Below are positions 61,701-64,000 of a stretch of DNA of 64,000 bases, in pieces. The notes beneath the pieces are model-generated. The model saw only the letters and a list, made by a program, of their open reading frames with translations, did no database searches and was not told where the DNA came from. The DNA comes from Vulcanimicrobiota bacterium (GTDB taxonomy: Bacteria; Vulcanimicrobiota; Vulcanimicrobiia; Eremiobacterales; Eremiobacteraceae): positions 128,001-192,000 of the forward strand of contig CAWDVP010000006.1 of the NCBI GenBank assembly GCA_963805945.1, read 5' to 3'. The translations under genes and the position numbers were made by a program. How positions within the stretch are numbered: the first letter of the stretch is position 1; every line of letters begins with the position of its first letter.

Positions 61701-62708
61701 TCAGGCGGGCCAGAGATCCTCGCCTGCGACCAGCAAGCGCGCGCCGGATAACGCGACGTCGAGATTGAGCGATGAGGCGTTCGCACCACCCATGTAGCGG
61801 TTCTCGCCGAACGAGACGAACGCCGCACCGCCGACATGCTCGTCGATCAGCGTCCAGCCGAGCGGCGTCGTCAGGCGTGGATTGAGCCCGAGGCCGATGT
61901 GGCCGATGCGCCGCGGCTCTCCGCTGTGCGAATCCAGGAACCGCTCGAGCTCGCGCGCGCCACTGCCCTCGATCGCGTGCACCCGGCCCGCGACGAAATG
62001 CAACGTGACATCGACGGCGTCCAGCATGCGGGGTACCCACAGCGTGCCGGCGGCGCTCTCCTCGACGACCGCAGTATAGATCGACCCAGCCGGCAGATTC
62101 GAAACGATCGCGCCGTTACGGCGATCCTCGGCGTCGATGATCCCATCGTCGGCATGCCATATGCGGCCGCGCGTCGACGCGGTCAGCACGCAGTCGTTCG
62201 GCGTGCGGATCGTCAGCGTTTCGCCGGCCCTCGCGCGACGCAGCACGGGGTCGATGACGGACTGGATCGTCGCCCGATCCAGGTCGATAGCGGCGAGCAC
62301 GGCGTCTTCCACTTCTGCTAAGGAGCGCTTGGCCGCGCTCGTTCTCGCTTCGGTCGGGACGGCGCACAGGATGAACGGTAGCCCGCGCGACTCTTCGATC
62401 GCGATCACCGCGGCCATCGCTTGTCTGGTTTCTGCTGCCGGCCTGATGCCGGCCCCCGTATCGAATGCCAGGACCGCGTGCGCCTCCTTCATCCTGTCGA
62501 TACGCTCGGCCAGCGCCGCGGGGTCGTCGGCCTCGACGTACGCCGTCACATGCCTTCGGCCGGCGGCCTCGAGCAGTGCCGCCAATGCTTCATCGCACCC
62601 CGCCGGGAGGGCGTGCACGTACACAAGCGCATCGGCGCGCAGATCGAGACCTTCGACGATATGAGAGGCGATCGAGCGCCAGCGCGCAGCCCTGGAATCG
62701 CTATCCAC
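61701..62708 (-). CDS. aminopeptidase-like protein (M29-like)
   Basis: NLPAG, GLGLNP, DEH, FGEN; some metal ligands look diverged. Confidence 0.7.
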   Translation of the reverse strand: MDSDSRAARWRSIASHIVEGLDLRADALVYVHALPAGCDEALAALLEAAGRRHVTAYVEADDPAALAERIDRMKEAHAVLAFDTGAGIRPAAETRQAMAAVIAIEESRGLPFILCAVPTEARTSAAKRSLAEVEDAVLAAIDLDRATIQSVIDPVLRRARAGETLTIRTPNDCVLTASTRGRIWHADDGIIDAEDRRNGAIVSNLPAGSIYTAVVEESAAGTLWVPRMLDAVDVTLHFVAGRVHAIEGSGARELERFLDSHSGEPRRIGHIGLGLNPRLTTPLGWTLIDEHVGGAAFVSFGENRYMGGANASSLNLDVALSGARLLVAGEDLWPA

Positions 62709-62738
62709 GCTCGGACGCCGGGCGCCGCGGGACTCCGG

Positions 62739-63098
62739 TCAGCGCCGCGAGTCGGCGAGGATACCGCGCAGCCACGGGATCGCCGTCATCAACGCGCGCA
62801 CGAGCCCGGTTTGCGGCTCCCGGATGAGAGCGACGATCGTCATCAGCGCCGACTGGAGCGTCACAATCGCTGCGCCGAGCGCGCGCATGCTCTCGCCCAG
62901 CTCCTGGATGTCGGCCGTCGCTCGCTCGATCACCGCCCTCTGCCGCGCGAGCCAATCTGCTTCCAGGACACGATGCGCCGCCGTCATCGATGCGAGCCGG
63001 AGCTGTATCGCGCGCGCGCGCACGACGACCAGCACCGCCGCAGCGACGACGGTGACGAGGCCGAGCGACGCGCAGATCAGCGCGAACATAGCCGCCAT
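62739..63098 (-). CDS. membrane-anchored hypothetical protein
   Basis: N-terminal TM plus a helical region; abuts the upstream stop codon. Confidence 0.65.
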   Translation of the reverse strand: MAAMFALICASLGLVTVVAAAVLVVVRARAIQLRLASMTAAHRVLEADWLARQRAVIERATADIQELGESMRALGAAIVTLQSALMTIVALIREPQTGLVRALMTAIPWLRGILADSRR

Positions 63099-63476
63099 TT
63101 AGGAACCCTTTCCGCTCGGCTTGGCGTCGGGCTTGGGCTTGCTCGTCGGCGCAGCGGGCGCGGCTTTGGCGTCGGTCTTCGGCGCGCTCGCGGTCTCGCT
63201 CGGCTTCGCGGCCGGCGTGCTGCCGTCGCCCTTGGCCGGCGCGCCGCCCTCGCTTTTAGCCGGTGCGCCTTCGCCTGAGCCTGCTTTCTGCGCCGTCTTC
63301 GCGGCGTAGTCGGTCTTATGGAAGCCGGAGCCTTTGAACACCACGCCGACCGGATAGAACACGCGCTGGAGCTGGCCGCCGCACGTCGGACATTTCGTAG
63401 GGCGCTCGGCGTTCACTCCATGTTCGATCTCGTGGGTCGTGCCGCACTCCTTGCAGCGATAGTCGTACTTCGGCAT
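63099..63476 (-). CDS. FmdB family zinc-ribbon protein
   Basis: MPKYDYRCKECG..CPTCGG..FKGSGFHKTDY. Confidence 0.92.
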   Translation of the reverse strand: MPKYDYRCKECGTTHEIEHGVNAERPTKCPTCGGQLQRVFYPVGVVFKGSGFHKTDYAAKTAQKAGSGEGAPAKSEGGAPAKGDGSTPAAKPSETASAPKTDAKAAPAAPTSKPKPDAKPSGKGS

Positions 63477-63985
63477 CAGGCGAGAAGTGGTTCATTTGCG
63501 CTCGCTCGTCCGAGGTCCTCGGCCTCCACATCTTCGAGCATGTTCTTGAGGTTGCGCGCCGATTCGTGCAGCTCGCGTGCGAGGGCGGGCTTGGTGAAGA
63601 GCGCGCTGCGCAGCGCGCCGAGCGCGCCGCCGAACACCGGATAGCCCACCGCGCAATGCACGCGCGTTCCGTCACGCCGCTGTTCGAAGCGGAACTCGAT
63701 CCGCCGCGCCGCGGAAAGACTGCCTTCGAGCCAGACGAAGGCCTTGGGCACGAAACGGATGACGTCGAACGATTCGCGCCAACGCCGCTTGCCGCTGCGC
63801 AGGCACAGCCATACCTCCTGCTCGGCCGCGAGATCGGGTCCGGCGTCGTCCTCGGCGCGGTGCGCCGACACGACGAACGAGAGCCACGTCGGCCAGCGCG
63901 CGACATCCGCGACGTAGCCGAAGACGCGCTCCACCGGCAGCGCGATGTCGATGCTCTGCTTGCACACTGCCTTCATGTCATCCAC
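63476..63985 (-). CDS. SRPBCC/START-like protein
   Basis: PVERVFGYVAD..WPTW; C-terminal helix. Confidence 0.85.
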   Translation of the reverse strand: MDDMKAVCKQSIDIALPVERVFGYVADVARWPTWLSFVVSAHRAEDDAGPDLAAEQEVWLCLRSGKRRWRESFDVIRFVPKAFVWLEGSLSAARRIEFRFEQRRDGTRVHCAVGYPVFGGALGALRSALFTKPALARELHESARNLKNMLEDVEAEDLGRASANEPLLA

Positions 63986-64000
63986 CTCCGGTCCGCCACG

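Overview
GC-rich bacterial chromosome segment. The Bacillota-like gene order plus many secreted beta-propeller and aspartyl-protease genes suggests Candidatus Eremiobacterota/Vulcanimicrobiota (inference only). Core content: a hit-rpsU-yqeY-nfeD-floA-phoH-ybeY-dgkA-cdd-recO-ruvX-mltG cluster, pyrG/hemF/prmC/prfA/rpmE, RNase P RNA, rapZ-yvcK, an IclR-glycerate operon, a caa3-type cytochrome c oxidase locus and aroA. An accessory zone (about 24.8-42.7 kb) rich in secreted and lipoprotein genes surrounds three tRNAs and an IS3-family element. Main observations: (1) two GTAG-type REP hairpin families, one of which sits in frame inside several unrelated proteins and supplies start or stop codons; (2) each of the three accessory-zone tRNAs is followed by a small integrase-less cassette bounded by a duplicated tRNA 3' end or terminator hairpin; (3) ribosomal protein L31 with an ~170-aa histone-H1-like tail; (4) a YtpB/DUF2600 terpene cyclase homolog. 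Several genes carry frameshifts, most heavily ctaD and ctaE, which are probably sequencing or assembly errors. All product calls come from motif recognition by eye; no database searches were run.
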